A DNA stretch of 64,000 nucleotides, taken from the NCBI GenBank assembly GCA_036172245.1, contig JAYWIR010000037.1, positions 620,001-684,000 on the forward strand, written 5' to 3'. Source of the stretch: Raillietiella orientalis. Taxonomy: Eukaryota. Of this stretch, positions 25,245-38,699 are shown in pieces. Each line of letters starts with the position of its first letter. Positions within the stretch are counted from its first letter, which is position 1. The notes under the pieces are model-generated. The model had not been told where the DNA came from. It did not search any database and saw nothing but the letters and a program-made list of their open reading frames with translations. A program made the position numbers and the translations under genes.

Positions 25245-27424
25245 TTAATTCTGTATCCCCTTATCCTTCTGCCTCATTCGTCGCAGTTTGAAAGCATCTT
25301 GAATTTCTCCCTTTTCCCTCACGGGGCTGGTTGGTTTCATCTCACTGCAGCAGGAATCCTGCACAGTACGAAAGATGTCTCCGCTTCGGACATTTGGTAG
25401 ATGCTCTTCGTCGAAAGGCAGAGAAGCTACCATCCCCCGATCTGTTTGAAGTAGAACCCGTTTCTGGTTGAGCCCAAGGATGCCTCTGCAGCTCTGGCTC
25501 CGGACGGGGAGTTTAGTCGAGCTGAGACGTTTCTTCTGCTGTCGCGGAATGGGTTCCGCCCCCCGCCTAGGAGCCACAGAAGGTGAAAATCTCGTCTTCG
25601 AACAGTGAGCAGAACAAACGACACACTCAGCCGACACGTGAATTTTCTTAGTCTGGATCCTGTCCAGCATCCTATGTGGTGAACCTGGACCTATCAAATC
25701 ATCTATAAACAACTAACGTACCGACTGGAATGTTATACTTATTATGGCAGGAGCCACCACTTAAGCTCTTCAACAATTTCCCGCCTTCCCTGTTGCTCGT
25801 ACGTTAAGGGTGCTTTATACCTGTATGCAGTTGTAATCACAATATGCTCGCTAACTGTGAATGAAGTTGCATCGTGTATGCAATAATATCTTGTCCACTA
25901 CCCTTCTCGTGTCTCATGGTTTATATTTAATACTCCTTTCAGCAACAGTTGATGAAGAATGGCTGATGAAGCCTTTCCAAGCTTTTTGATTGTAACCTCC
26001 TTCTTCGAAAGCACCAGCTAATCACATCAACTAAGAAAGTGCTTCCTTAGCTGATGCTGTTTTTCATTGTTGAGAGTGCAGCTTCTCGCAAGAAGCTGTG
26101 CTCTGATGAATGCTAGGTACATCCTTACTGGTGGATTATATTTCTGAATGTTGCCTTCTGCTTTTAGCCTTTTTTCCCAGGATGCCGTTTTTCGTGTTGT
26201 CTGTAAGTGTACTTTTCAGTCACCTCCAGTCGTCCTGGCAAATGTGCGTTTCAGCCCCGCTACGTGCTAGCAATGCTGATCTACAGGGTGCTGAGACTCG
26301 TGCTTGAGTGACATTGTAAATCTGCACGATAAAAGAAAACTTCCCTAATATATCTGTCGGTGGCAGTGTATTGTAATTACTTCCGACGATGGGTTTTGTA
26401 TTGGCAACTGCCTTTTCAAATTTGCTAGAGGTTGATTGTTGAAGTTCTTCCAGCTAAATGATTCGTGTATGTTTCCTTTTTCCACCATGCTTCCTTCTTT
26501 TCTTTCGCCTACCCATACCTCCCTTTTAACCTTTAATGTTTCAATATTGATTTGGAAAATGGATTTTTTCCAGGAGATATGACTGCACCCGACCACCATG
26601 GATTATTTGCATCGACGAAGGAAGCCCGGCTTCTCTTCATCCCAGAGAAAGGTCAGTGAGCCCGAACATCTGTCGCTTGATCTGTGGGGATCCGAGAAGA
26701 CATCGCAGTAACGCTGTTGTGACTGCGCCTCGGTGCGCGAAGGAAGAGAAGGACGCTCTGCATCCTCGCGCTCCTCGCAATTTCCACTTGGAACTTGCTC
26801 CCGAGTCGTTCCAGCTCGGCAGCAACGGTCGTGCTGTGATCCACAAGCGGACGCCCAGATCATATGATGTCCAGACACTCCTAATGCCAATGCTCGGCGT
26901 TTCCTACACCCACGAGCTTTTTTTCTTCTATCCACTGTGCCATAGGTTGTGAAATGATTGCTGAGAAAAATTCCCAATTAGGGAATTCCCAGATTTCTTC
27001 ATCAAGATTACCTTATCTTTAGGTGGTGTCCACATCATAACTTGCTTGCTTATCTACTTGGAATCAACTCTTGCAGCAGTTTGGTCCTCTTGTTAATCTT
27101 GGGTTTTGTTCATAGAATATTCCCCGCGAGCTGCATAAGGCCACTCGTCCTATCCTTTCGTGAAGTAAATTACATTTTCAATTTTCTTTGTCTCTACGGC
27201 AGTCTTGTTAATTTCATGCCAAATTCACCGTGTTCCTGAGGTCTGCAGGTGGTTTCACCTTGCTGTAGGATTTGCTCCGTCTCCAGATTGGTGCACTCCG
27301 TGGTTTCGCGCGCATTCTTCTTGTCCGTTCACAAGTGCTGACGGAGTGCTGTGGACAGAATGTTGGCCAAGGGACACCTCATCCCACAGTCACGCTCTTT
27401 CGTGAAAGGAGAGGCTGGAGCCAT
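25245..27424 (-). mobile_element. Decayed retroelement region: R2/NeSL-like N-terminus, possibly interrupted by a Gypsy-like pol fragment
   Basis: GC-richer island with broken minus-strand frames. A C2H2-like RCPLANILSTALRQHL* (~27330-27380) is followed by Myb-like LMQLAGNIL*TKPKINKRTKLLQELIPSR (~27053-27139), and ORF 25245-25712 weakly resembles the pre-RT region. The middle (~25750-26600) has FSW..LANLKRQL and LLLKGVLNINHE, weakly like Gypsy RT-connection and integrase zinc-finger segments. Many stops and frameshifts; no YADD/YxDD motif seen. Confidence 0.4.
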
Positions 27425-29420
27425 AGTTTCAGACCTCTATCCTGAACGCTTTAATCATCTTAAATCAAAGCTTCTAAAGTTTCTCATTTTCTTTTTTTCC
27501 TTTCTTTCTCATCAAGCACGTTGCCATTGCGCGTTGCTTTTCTTTGGAAGCAGACAAGTTTTTTTCGAAACTCTTGTGAATACGTAATGTGAAGCGTACT
27601 TACGTGATGTATATTTCCTCGCGATTGTAATCGAGATGTTTTGCACTTGGACTTCCAAAAAGCATTCCTAAAAGTTTCCAAAGGCATTTTAATGACACTT
27701 AAGTACACTCATGGAAAACATCGATCTAAATCTACTCTTGGAACGTTGCATGAAGTCTCAAGTTAGTGATTGCATCAAAGCGCTAATTTTTCGGCCCTCT
27801 TCTTTTTTTTGCTTCTACTGTAGGAACGCTTTGTCCATCGACTTAGTTTGGTTGGTATGGAAGCCAAATTTTCGGTTCAGTGGTACGAATATTCGTTTCT
27901 TTGAAAACCTCATAAACTTTTATTTCAAACTAGCTTTACAAAGCACTAGGTAGAAACTGAAAAGTTGTTTGCTTCAAGGCCTATTCTACAAACTCTTTAG
28001 GCTGCATCAAAAATGGGCCTCACAGAGCAAGGCGCCACTTGAGATGAACTCTTGATTCTAACTAAACGTAAAAATTTTCGGTTTTACACTAGTTTTAACT
28101 GCATCAAGTTGTCACACTTTTCCTGAGTATCTGCGGAGCACTTTGTATTATGGATATTTTTGACAAGAGGCTATAAATCAAATTAGTATTGACAAGACAA
28201 AAGACTGAAAAACTTCATAATCTTTGCCTTCCGGAAAACCCTGTTCACAGAATATTTTCAATACTTTTGTTTGGATTGTGCATTTTTTCATCTTTTCATC
28301 CATCACTATATCTGTTTCAAACTGTTTCAACACAAACATTTCCTTTCCTCTTAATGCAGATAAACGGAATCCTTGCCAAAGTGTATTATTTTCAGAGCAC
28401 ACTCTAAATCCTTTCATCCTTTCACATGGATTTTTTAAAACAATTTCATGCAGGAATGCTTCAAAAAGTCTGTGAAATATATCTAACTGGAAAGCACACA
28501 TGCATAATGTCTTGTTGATTTTGATGGCTATTAATACCCTTGGGGATAATTCAGATTAAACTTTGAAACCTTTATAACAATTTTTTCTTTTATTTATCAT
28601 ATCATGAACATGTCTACATTGAGCATTTTTTTCTTTCATTTTAGACAATGTAGGATGAGTACATCCATAAGTTTCGCACATAGTGGATCACACTGAATGA
28701 TCTTTACGGGGTAATGTTTTTCAAAGTTTCGAGAAAGATTCCAATTCAAGAGTAAGAAGAGTCTTTTACTGTATGTGCAGCTATGGTAATACACAGATAG
28801 CTGTACATACACGTACTTTCCGTCCAAATTAAGAGAAAACGGACACAGTGGAAACAATGCAGTGCATCTACCAGGATTTCTCACATTCATGATAGGAAAC
28901 TCCATGGTTTTATAACTGCTGACTCAATCTTGAATTCCCTTTAATAACAGCAACTTTGAAAAAACGTTATAGCATAATTTATAGTTTTCTCTGTGTTTAT
29001 TTCGATAAAAGTTTAAGCATTTAAGAAAAATTTGTACATCAATCCACACTAATGATGTCCATAATCATCAAGCAAAAATAATTGAAGACAATCAGTTTTT
29101 CAATCTGAACATTCTTTTGTGATCTAAGAAATTGCCCAAACCCTTGCCCATTTTCTTGAAGTTGAGTTCTTGAATGAAGTAAGGTAACATGCCATTGGTT
29201 TTTCTCTTACTAAATTTTTAGCTAAAGCTTCTTTCTACACTTAAGGATACTTGGGAGAGGTGCTCTCAAAATTGTAGAACAGTGATTAACAGGGAAAAAA
29301 TTACCACAGAAGAAAATGTTAAGTTATTCCTTGAATAAGAAAACATCAGAAGCCATAGTCACTGTACAATGTGACTTAATGTGCTATCAATCAAAAAGAC
29401 ATCACGCCACAGAATGGGGT

Positions 29421-32400
29421 TTAGTGTATTCTTGTCAAATCTTCAACTATTTTGATGATATCATCTACAGTAGCATCTCTCTTCATTCCACTTCCATCAT
29501 CAATCTACAAGAAGAATGCATTACACACTTGTTAGCATTCATATATCACCTGTAAATTAACCACAATCTCTTGCATTTTTGCACGTGATAGATCAAGGAA
29601 ACTTTCTATCAAGTCTCCATCAATAAAGCCTTCACATGGTTCTCTCTTCCTGTCAGTGCAGAAACTTCGCCAAAAAGAATGTTCAATTTTGCCAACAGAC
29701 TTGATAACTTTAGTTAGATTTTGCTGTAAATCTTTCAAAAAATTAAAGAAATCTTGTGGCAGCTGTGTAATAACTCCTAGAATAGCATGAATAATGTACT
29801 AAGTGAAAACATCACCTACCTATAGCACCATGAACTGTGCCAAACAAGATAGAGCCTTGAATTGATGTGCTGCTCTCAGTTGCTTGCTGCATCACCAAAG
29901 AGCCATGACGAAACACATTCACAAAATCACCTAGATGAAACTGGCCTACTTCATGCATATGTTGTCTATCTTCATCAGTGGTTGCAGCACTATCCTTCTG
30001 ACAAACAAACAAATTAAAAGAATTTTCAGCACCCAAGAAAGTATCATCATCAATTATTTCCACAGCACACATCCAGTTGGGATTGTAATCCCGTGCCATT
30101 TCCTCAAAGCTGCCTTCTAGTGCCTTATATTGGAGTAATACCATAGAACGCATCAAGTCTCCAACAAGGATAAAATCTCCTTTTGTTTTCAAATAAAGTG
30201 CCACTATATTATTAAAATGACTGCATTCCAAACGCAGCTCTTTCTCTACTGTCCATTCAAACAACCGAACAGTGCTGTTCACAGTAGCCAAAAGCTTGCC
30301 ATTAAACTCAGAAAGGGAGTAGCAAGCTCCTTTGAGTTCCTTTTCAGCAACTTGCTGCAGCTTTCCTTCACTATATTGGAACAGGACAATGCGACCTTGT
30401 TTAGGCTCACTTTCTTCTGGGTTGACCAAAGCAGTGCCAACTACATAATAAGCATTGACATCATCCTTAAGACGGCATGACACAATACTCAAGGGCCACT
30501 CCATTTGCATAAACTGGTGAGCATGAAGAACTGCCCAGCCACATTGCCACAAGACTCAGCAAAATTTACCTTCAAATGTATGCTGATCTATGATAAGCAG
30601 ATTGTGCACTTCCAGCTCTTGACCAAACTCTGGTGCTGTAGAAGTTCCTGGTTTCAGAATTGATGTTGATGAAGAGGTGGTCTGGGCCTGAGTGCTAGCA
30701 GAAGAACGTACTGGAATTAAACCACTACTATCCTGAATATCAAGCCGCTGAGTAAGCACACCAAACGTTTGTGTAGATTCTTGATAAGCAATTCTTCTAG
30801 GAGATTCTCCTAGAGGGACAGTGCGAATGTGTAGTTTTTGAATTTCATCAATGGTGCCAATAGTAAATGTGCTAATGGTAGCCAATGCCAAACTGTCAGG
30901 ATATCCCTCAGCATGCAGAGGACACATGTGTGCAACTTCTTTCAGGTTCACATTGGAAAATACTAGTTTGTGATTGGAAGAATAAATAACTGTAGGTCTA
31001 TCTGAGCATGCAAACACATTGACAGTTGACAGTGATTTAAATGTACGAAGGGTAGTGGGCTGAGTGCCCAATGTAACTTTTTTCTTATCATACAATAATC
31101 CATTCTGAGCATTTAGCAAATAGTAGAAGAGGGATCCATCTCCCAAAGCACAAAGGAGATAATGGGTACTTTCAAATGTAGTAAGTAAAATAGAGCGTGG
31201 AATGATATCACCACCCAGTAATTCCCTGTGAATCTGTTTCAAATCAGGGAGAGTGAGGATACGCACAGAGATGTCTATCCAGAGTCCTACTGCACAGAGA
31301 TGTGCTTCAAGAGATCCTTCCAGAGTTGGAGTCACATCTAAGCATGACACCTCATACTCAAGACTGCTTCGGCCAGAAAGTTTCAAATGGCCTTGGCCAA
31401 TACGAAGGCAAAACAGTTCATTACCAGTGGCAAGAAGCACTTGACACTGATTACATGATATTACACTAATATGATTGCCATTAGGGGGTACCCACTGGGT
31501 GAGCAACTCTTTACTAACACCACATACTAAACGCAACTCAGTGGCAGTCACTTGCAATAGCTGCCCAAATACAACATTGCCACAAAACAGTGTTTGTTGT
31601 TCACATACAAAACCAATGATTTCAGTCTCTTCCAGTTCTCCTTCAGGGCTTAATGCTAAAATTCTGAAGATCTGTTATTGCAGTTTTGGTTGTCATTGCA
31701 CTTTACCTAGTTTGACCCACAAAAGACATGACAAGCATATTATCAAATGGTCCACTATTTCCAACACGAAGAGCCCAAATGCCCTTTATTCCAGGGACAT
31801 CATCCAAGGTGGCATGACTGTGAATTCCAATACCATTGCGAATTATTCTCAAAGAGCCATCCTTATAACCCCCTGAGCATGTAACCAGTTGTCCCTGTCC
31901 CTGTCTCTCTAGATCAACAACCACCATGTCACAGATTGGGCCCAAATTTGTGAAAGTCTCCATGATGCTAACATATGAACTATTTTCATCAGCTGTGACA
32001 TTTAATTTAACCAATTGAGAATCACCAAGGCGTGATCCAACATACACAACCCCATTATCTAAATAGGTCAAACATTCTGGAATACTGGTGTCTCCTACAA
32101 AGAATACAACATTCTTTATGAAAAATTTAACAATTCATACCAAGATATTCCACTTTTAAATCTTTAACTCCAATGGTGCCATCTATGCGTTCTTCTTTCT
32201 CTAACAACAAAACAAACAAGCGTCCTGCCATATCCCCCAACAAATAGCGAGAGCCATTGGGATCAACTTTGCCATAGCAAACAATGCTACTTTGCTGAAG
32301 ATTACAATGCAACTAGACATAATTCAAATCCATCTTACCTTGATAATAGGGGGAGCAATGGCTACATAAGAAGTACCATCATGATAAGTAATGGATTCTT

Positions 32401-33793
32401 GACCTATGATAAGAGCTCCTCCAAAAGGCTCAGGGACAGGTATTACTAGAGAAGCTTCTGTTTCTACATTGTCCTGCTTCCAGGGTCCCTAAAGTTGAAG
32501 CTATAGTTGGTTCATTCAGACCTGATATAGACAATAATCATTCAGAAGTACCTTAGTAAATTCTTTTTCTTTAAGAGAAATCTCATGTGTTTTAACATGG
32601 CGACCATGAGTATCTTGATGAATGAGAATGACTGTTGGATTGGCAAACCCATATAAAAAATCTAAATCCTGTACTTGCAATTCCTCAAATCTTCATTGAA
32701 AAAGCAATATATCTTTAATTACATATTCCTTTTACCTAATATTGTATGCCTTGAGTTCACTGCTATCTTTTTCAAAAGGAATAACTTTAAAAAGACCATC
32801 ATATAAGCGCAATCCAATAACATGAGCATGAGGATCAATAACAGCTAGGATGCCAGTTTCTGATGGTTTCCCAATTCTGTCTGCCACATTGCCATGGGCA
32901 CGGGTTTTTATTTCAATCTCATCTCCATCTCCACAACATTCAAGAATCATGGCATTATAGCGGGCTGTCACAATGAAAAGAAAATCTTTTTTCTCTCCCT
33001 ACAATAGATGTAATCCATCACAAGTAAAAACTATCAATTCTATTCAATGAATATGTCTGTATATTTATTAATAACATAAACGCAGATACTCAACCTCAGG
33101 TCGGAAGAATTTCATAACTGCTATTTTTCCATACAGACTAACTTCTTTGATAGCTCTCAATCCTTCAGCAGTAACTGAATAAATCTCCAGTCTGGTATTT
33201 TTTGCAAGAATTAAATTCAAATCATGACCAGATGTGAAATTCCCTTTGAAAAAAATAGTTGCATTTAGCAGTTCAAAATAAATTTCTAAAATTTCTAAAC
33301 TGTTAAAAGATCATAAAAACACATTGTCCTATTCGTTGTAGATGAAATCAAAAATTCTTGCAAAGAAATGGAGTCAAAAAACTTCTCATTTGATATCATG
33401 GAGATTTTGATTTTCACTGTATTTTCATAATGCTTGGTGAAACTCCGAAGTTACATTAAACTCAAAAGTGAAACTTTCAAAATGGCAAAAAAAGAAAAAG
33501 AAAAAAACAACAACCAAATTCAGGTTAGCTAGAACCTCTATAGCCATCCAAACGGAAAAAATCACTGAATTCAAACAAATGCAAATAGAATTGGAAACAA
33601 CAACCAAACACACAGCTTTATGATCTAATGGTTTAGAAACCTTAAATCCAGAATTAAAAAATCTCCCAAACATAGTAAGGGATAATTTATTCATGTTAAT
33701 AACTGCGGGTTAAAAGAAACCATAGCACATACCTGTAGCACATGCTGTTACAGCAGTTGGTTTCTGTGCTGTGACAACATAATTATGAGCCAT
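29421..33793 (-). CDS. DDB1: DNA damage-binding protein 1 (CUL4 adaptor; Drosophila piccolo)
   Basis: 11 exons: 33793-33733, 33243-33095, 32998-32736, 32690-32552, 32488-32339, 32294-32141, 32094-31707, 31663-30570, 30530-29820, 29776-29550, 29504-29421. Total 3420 nt = 1139 aa, from [15 protein letters not shown] to IVEDLTRIH*. All introns are GT-AG and phases are consistent. Confidence 0.99.
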
Positions 33794-36700
33794 TGTCTTT
33801 TAGAATGGCTTTAAACTTCTGGAAAGAAAAAAAACCCAGAATAACAAATGTGTCCTCCAACAAAAAACACTTCCTCCTCCCCAGACCTAATTCCACACAA
33901 TGTCGATAATTTAGGAATGAGCAAAATCCAACGTACGCCAAATGAAGCCTTCACAAAACTTTTTGAATGGCATCCGAAAAACACCCGGCATTGCAGAGGA
34001 CGGAAGTACCCTTTTACAATTATGCAATGTTCTTATGTTTATACGGAATACATGATCAATCCCGGAAAAATGTGAATTATAAGAGTACACCCCATTTCAG
34101 AAAAAAATAACCTTTTCACTAGAAAGAAAAAAAAGAAATCGTAAATAGCAATTAACTTAAATTAAATCTATGAATTAAATAGACTACTGACACAGTTATG
34201 CGTACGTGAGAATTACACATCAATTTTCAAATGAATATAATTCCTAGGAAACAAGTCTTATAGAATTAAAAAATTATGGATTCATCATCCATATCTATCT
34301 AAAATTTATTGCAGTCTGGATAGTTGACTTTTGATTTTTAAGAGCAAATTTCACTTTTAAAATGAAAACAATCAAAGCTTTCTGAAATATCCAAACACAC
34401 ACACATTAAAAAAAAAACACTTTCTTATGTTTTCCATATTCGATTAATCAAAACAAAAATGTACATTGATTATGAATTTCAGGAAAACATACTGTATGCA
34501 ATTGCATATCCTTGTATACAAACTAGATTTTTAATTTTTAAAGAATTCAAACTAAGGACCGATGGTTTCATGCTATCTATATCTTGAGATCAAAAAATCC
34601 ATTTAAAATTAATTTCCAAAACTAGTTCCACATGTCGAGAAACGGCAAGTCCATAAATTACATGTTGCATCCATTCCTTCCTTCATATGAAATTTTTCAA
34701 CAACGAAACGATAGCTGTGGTATCTTGGATTCTTCAATTAAGAATCATAGAATGAAATCGTGCCCTTGCCTAATCATCAGAAGAAAATGATTCACAAGCA
34801 ATTTCGGCATCAAAACATACATATATTTCCGTACATTCACGAAACTGAAATGTGCCTTAAAAGAACATTTTTTTGAAATCTTCGTATGTCAGTACACCTA
34901 AAAGGGGTGAAGATTTCCTATGCCATATAAATAAAATCAGTATTTTATCAGAATTAAGCGTTATTGTTTATATTAGTACATTACAAAAGCATTCTATTTA
35001 TAAGCACCTTATATTTACGACATTATGTTTATAGGATGCTCATAATAATGTTGTACAGGATTAAAAAATTACTTTATAGTGAACAAAGGAATCAATGCTT
35101 TGATCTAAGAATCAGTACCTGCTATTTAGAATTCTTTCTTTTTTTTGTCATTGATGGATTTTTTCCTGATTCGTCATTTTAACATATTTATTCGTTTTCT
35201 AACGCAGTTACGAAACATCTGTGTTTTTTCATTTATGGAATCGAAAACTTTCCTATAGAAAGAACTTTTTCTGTTATATCGAATCTGAAAATTAAATACA
35301 AGTTTATCTTGTTGGAAGAAAAGCGGATATTCTGTAATATAGACCCTTTGGATGTTGCGTTCCACGAAACAAATTTTGGAACTTAAATGGAATCGAGTAG
35401 CTCAAATACTGATCTCTCCAGTATTCCTCCGAGCTAGAAGATAATGGCTGTATTCTAGATCAAGTTTTTAAAAGATCAGTTTACTAAATGTGGAGGAGGA
35501 AAAATCTCGTTTAGTAGTTTGGGTTGTAAAAATGTTTCTTAAACAGAGGTTTATTTTCTGGAAGTCGGAAGCTGAAAAGTTTACTTGAAATTCTCTCCAA
35601 CTTAAAAATAATGTGTAATTGTTACATAGTGTGCAGCATTTTCCTCAAATAACATCTGCGCTATCGTATCTGTTGTATCTCAGCTAGTGAACCCCGAGGA
35701 TGCTCAGAAGGGTGCTCGTGGGTTGAGGAATAGTATTTCTCATGATACATTGGCGATGAAACGGTACGTAGTGTCTACAGGATAGTCAGGAGCTCAACAT
35801 GTTTTCTAGGGGTTAGAATAGAGACTTGTAGCAAAACTAAAGGATAATAATTGAGCGGCGGCGATTTCCATTAAATTTATGTTTAGCAATTTAAGGCGTT
35901 ATAAATGATACATTGATTTTCTTAAATGCTTGAGAAGGCACAAAAGCTAGGGAAATTGAAAAAAAGCAAGCGTATGGGATCAAAACTAAAAAAGTATATA
36001 TTAAAAGAACATATTAAAGTTATCTTGAAAATTTGTTAAATAAGGATTCCAGTTATGGGCAGGTTTCGTTTAAAATAATGCCGATTTGTTGCAAGTTCAT
36101 TTTATTATTACATGGAAAATCAGTATCAAAAAAAAAAAATTTCAACTGGCTTAGAAATAGTAGCAAACAGGTGGGATTTATGGATTTGGTCAGTTCAGGA
36201 TACCGGGAAGTGCAATTAATTTTATTCAAATGAAATTCGTTAAGAAAGAATAAAGTTGACATCTTTTTGACTAGAATTCCGAGGAAAAGAGACAAAAGAA
36301 TAGTTTGATCACATATGGTTCTCTTTGCATTTGGGACTAATGTCAGTTCCAAATGAATTGTCTTTGTAGTGATGGGAGAATTCATTAGGGTAGAATACTT
36401 AATTTGCTGAAGCTCTTATGCACACGGAGATACAAAAGTTTACTGTCAATGTGTAAGGAATCAAGTAATTTTTCTGAAGTTCTCTGTGCATGAACTTGTG
36501 CAACCAGTAGTATTTGTATAATTTTAGTAATTTCGATTTTTATTATTGCATAACAGATACACACAGGTTAGCATAGCATTGCAAAAGTTTGTTTTCGAAA
36601 TATGCACACAACCAAAAGTTGGCTTTGGGGGCAATGCATTTCAGCTAGGTGCCTTGTTTATGTAATCATGTAGCAAGTGATTTCATCATGTACAACCCAT

Positions 36701-37296
36701 AATCTTGCATAAAAGTTGCTTTGCATCTATGCCAGATTAAGGTGTTTGGTTGATATTGGGTTGTCCCAAAAAACAATGCATATGAGAAGGAAATTCTCGA
36801 AATGCAATTACGTATTTTTCTTATGTTTCCTCCATGTGTGGTGATGTTACAATGTTGGAATCCTGTGCATCCAGTTGTAGCAAACTGTATTGTATTTTTG
36901 ACTCACTACATATTGCAGTTACCATATCTGCACAGTTACCATTAGAGAATACTTGCAAAGGCTTCTTGCTTCCTTAATGAAAATGTGAATGTAGTCATTA
37001 ATTCTGTTGAGCACTAATTAATGCATGATCACCAGATCATAAACTCCAGTGGAATCTTTCTCCAAACTTGATTATATTTAAACAAAAAATGTTTGTTGGA
37101 ACAGAACATTTGGTTGTACAAGATAATATTATGACTTGGCATTCTATTTATTCCTTTTTCATTATGTAAATTAGTTATCAAAATTCAGTCTATCTTTATT
37201 GAACAACATCATAATTTGGAATACAGCATGATGATTAAATGACTAGACTAATAAATGACTAGATGAGGAAATGACTAAAGAAGCTAAATGCATAAA

Positions 37297-38537
37297 TCAC
37301 AGAGAAACACCAATGCAAAATGTTTCTGGCAAATTGATGAGCTTTACTGTAGTGGTATAAAGACGAATGGCATCGTGCATGTTGATTAATTGAGAATGCA
37401 GTTGGTGAATTTTGCAGTCACTATCTAAAAGTAGATATTCTTACATTGATTTGATATTACCTGAAATAACTTCCCGACACTTTTGCCAATTCTGGAGCAA
37501 CAGCTAAGTAGATCACTGTTTGTGCTCCTTTCCAAGGAGTTTTTGTGAAATACCATAAAAATGGAAATATGGACCATTTTAAAAAAGCAGAACGAAAGAG
37601 AACTGTATGGCGTAAAAGCATGGTGTCACGCACTAAACCAGGATCTACATTATTTACTGTTATCTTAGTATCTAATTAAAAATGGCAAATAAACAGAGTC
37701 AAATGTCTAATGCTTACTTTTTAATTTGTTTGCTAGATAGGTTGTCAGCAATGTTAGTGCAAGTTTACTTTGCAGGTAAGCAGCACGTGACTGATAGTTA
37801 AATTCCATATTTATGTCAAACCAACGAATCACACCTGAACGACATGCGAAAGTACTGATGTTAATTATACGCCCTTGATGTGCAGCCTTTAGTTGATCCA
37901 TCAATAGATGAATTAATAAAAATGGGCCTATGAAGAAAAGTGAAAATGTAAGAAAAAACACTTTATTACATTACCAAGGTAGTTTGTTGCTAAGTGCATT
38001 TCAAAACCATCTTCAGTGTATTGATGAGGACAGAGCATTACTCCTGCATTATTAACAAGAACATCCAGATGGTCATATTCTTCAAAAATCAAAGAATACT
38101 TATTAACGTGAAAGTTTCTCACACTTTTCTTGAATTTTTCAACAAAATCCATGATGCTTTCTTTAGAACAAAGATTCAGGACAAGTACTTCTGCTCTTGC
38201 ACTCATCTGATTCAGAACATAATTGGCCTTCTTTTCATCTCGGCATGCTAAAATAACTTTACCACCTGGAAGAAAGATGTACTGACATTCACTCTGCTGG
38301 CAAGAAACCTCTGCGATCTAGTTCTAAGGCTACTTGTTTTCCCAAGCCAGAAGTAGCTCCAGTCACTACAACAATTTTTCCTGGGATTCTGGAATGTGAT
38401 GGACAGTTGGGACCTCCAAAGATAAACCTAAAGGAATCGGATCTTTGAAATTCAATGTAACTTTACTTAAAAAATGTCAAAAAACCGACTAAAACTGCAA
38501 CTATCAATGGCATCCAGCTTTCCAACAACTTGTACAT
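37297..38537 (-). CDS. Retinol dehydrogenase 11/12/13/14-like short-chain dehydrogenase/reductase
   Basis: 7 exons: 38537-38467, 38427-38309, 38265-38125, 38079-37975, 37927-37718, 37671-37461, 37420-37297 (326 aa). Has an N-terminal hydrophobic anchor, the TGATSGLG cofactor motif, LVNNAG, TEDGFEMHLATNYLG and catalytic YLQSK. Confidence 0.95.
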
Positions 38538-38699
38538 GATGCTAGTTAGGGAAAAAGTAAAGTGAAAATAAAATGCAAAATCGTTCAGGAGGCATCAGCC
38601 TGGTGGTAACTTCCCTGAATGCTTAGTGCTTACCACCTATTATGTATATTTAATTAATAAATTTCCTGTTCAGACACCATGAAATGACAATTTATTTTT

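Noticed and set aside
35684..36960. Possible small spliced + strand transcript (ATGAAACG|GTACGT at 35756, 10-nt exon 36557-36566)
   Set aside because: It yields only about 12 codons with no known similarity; the splice signals alone are insufficient.
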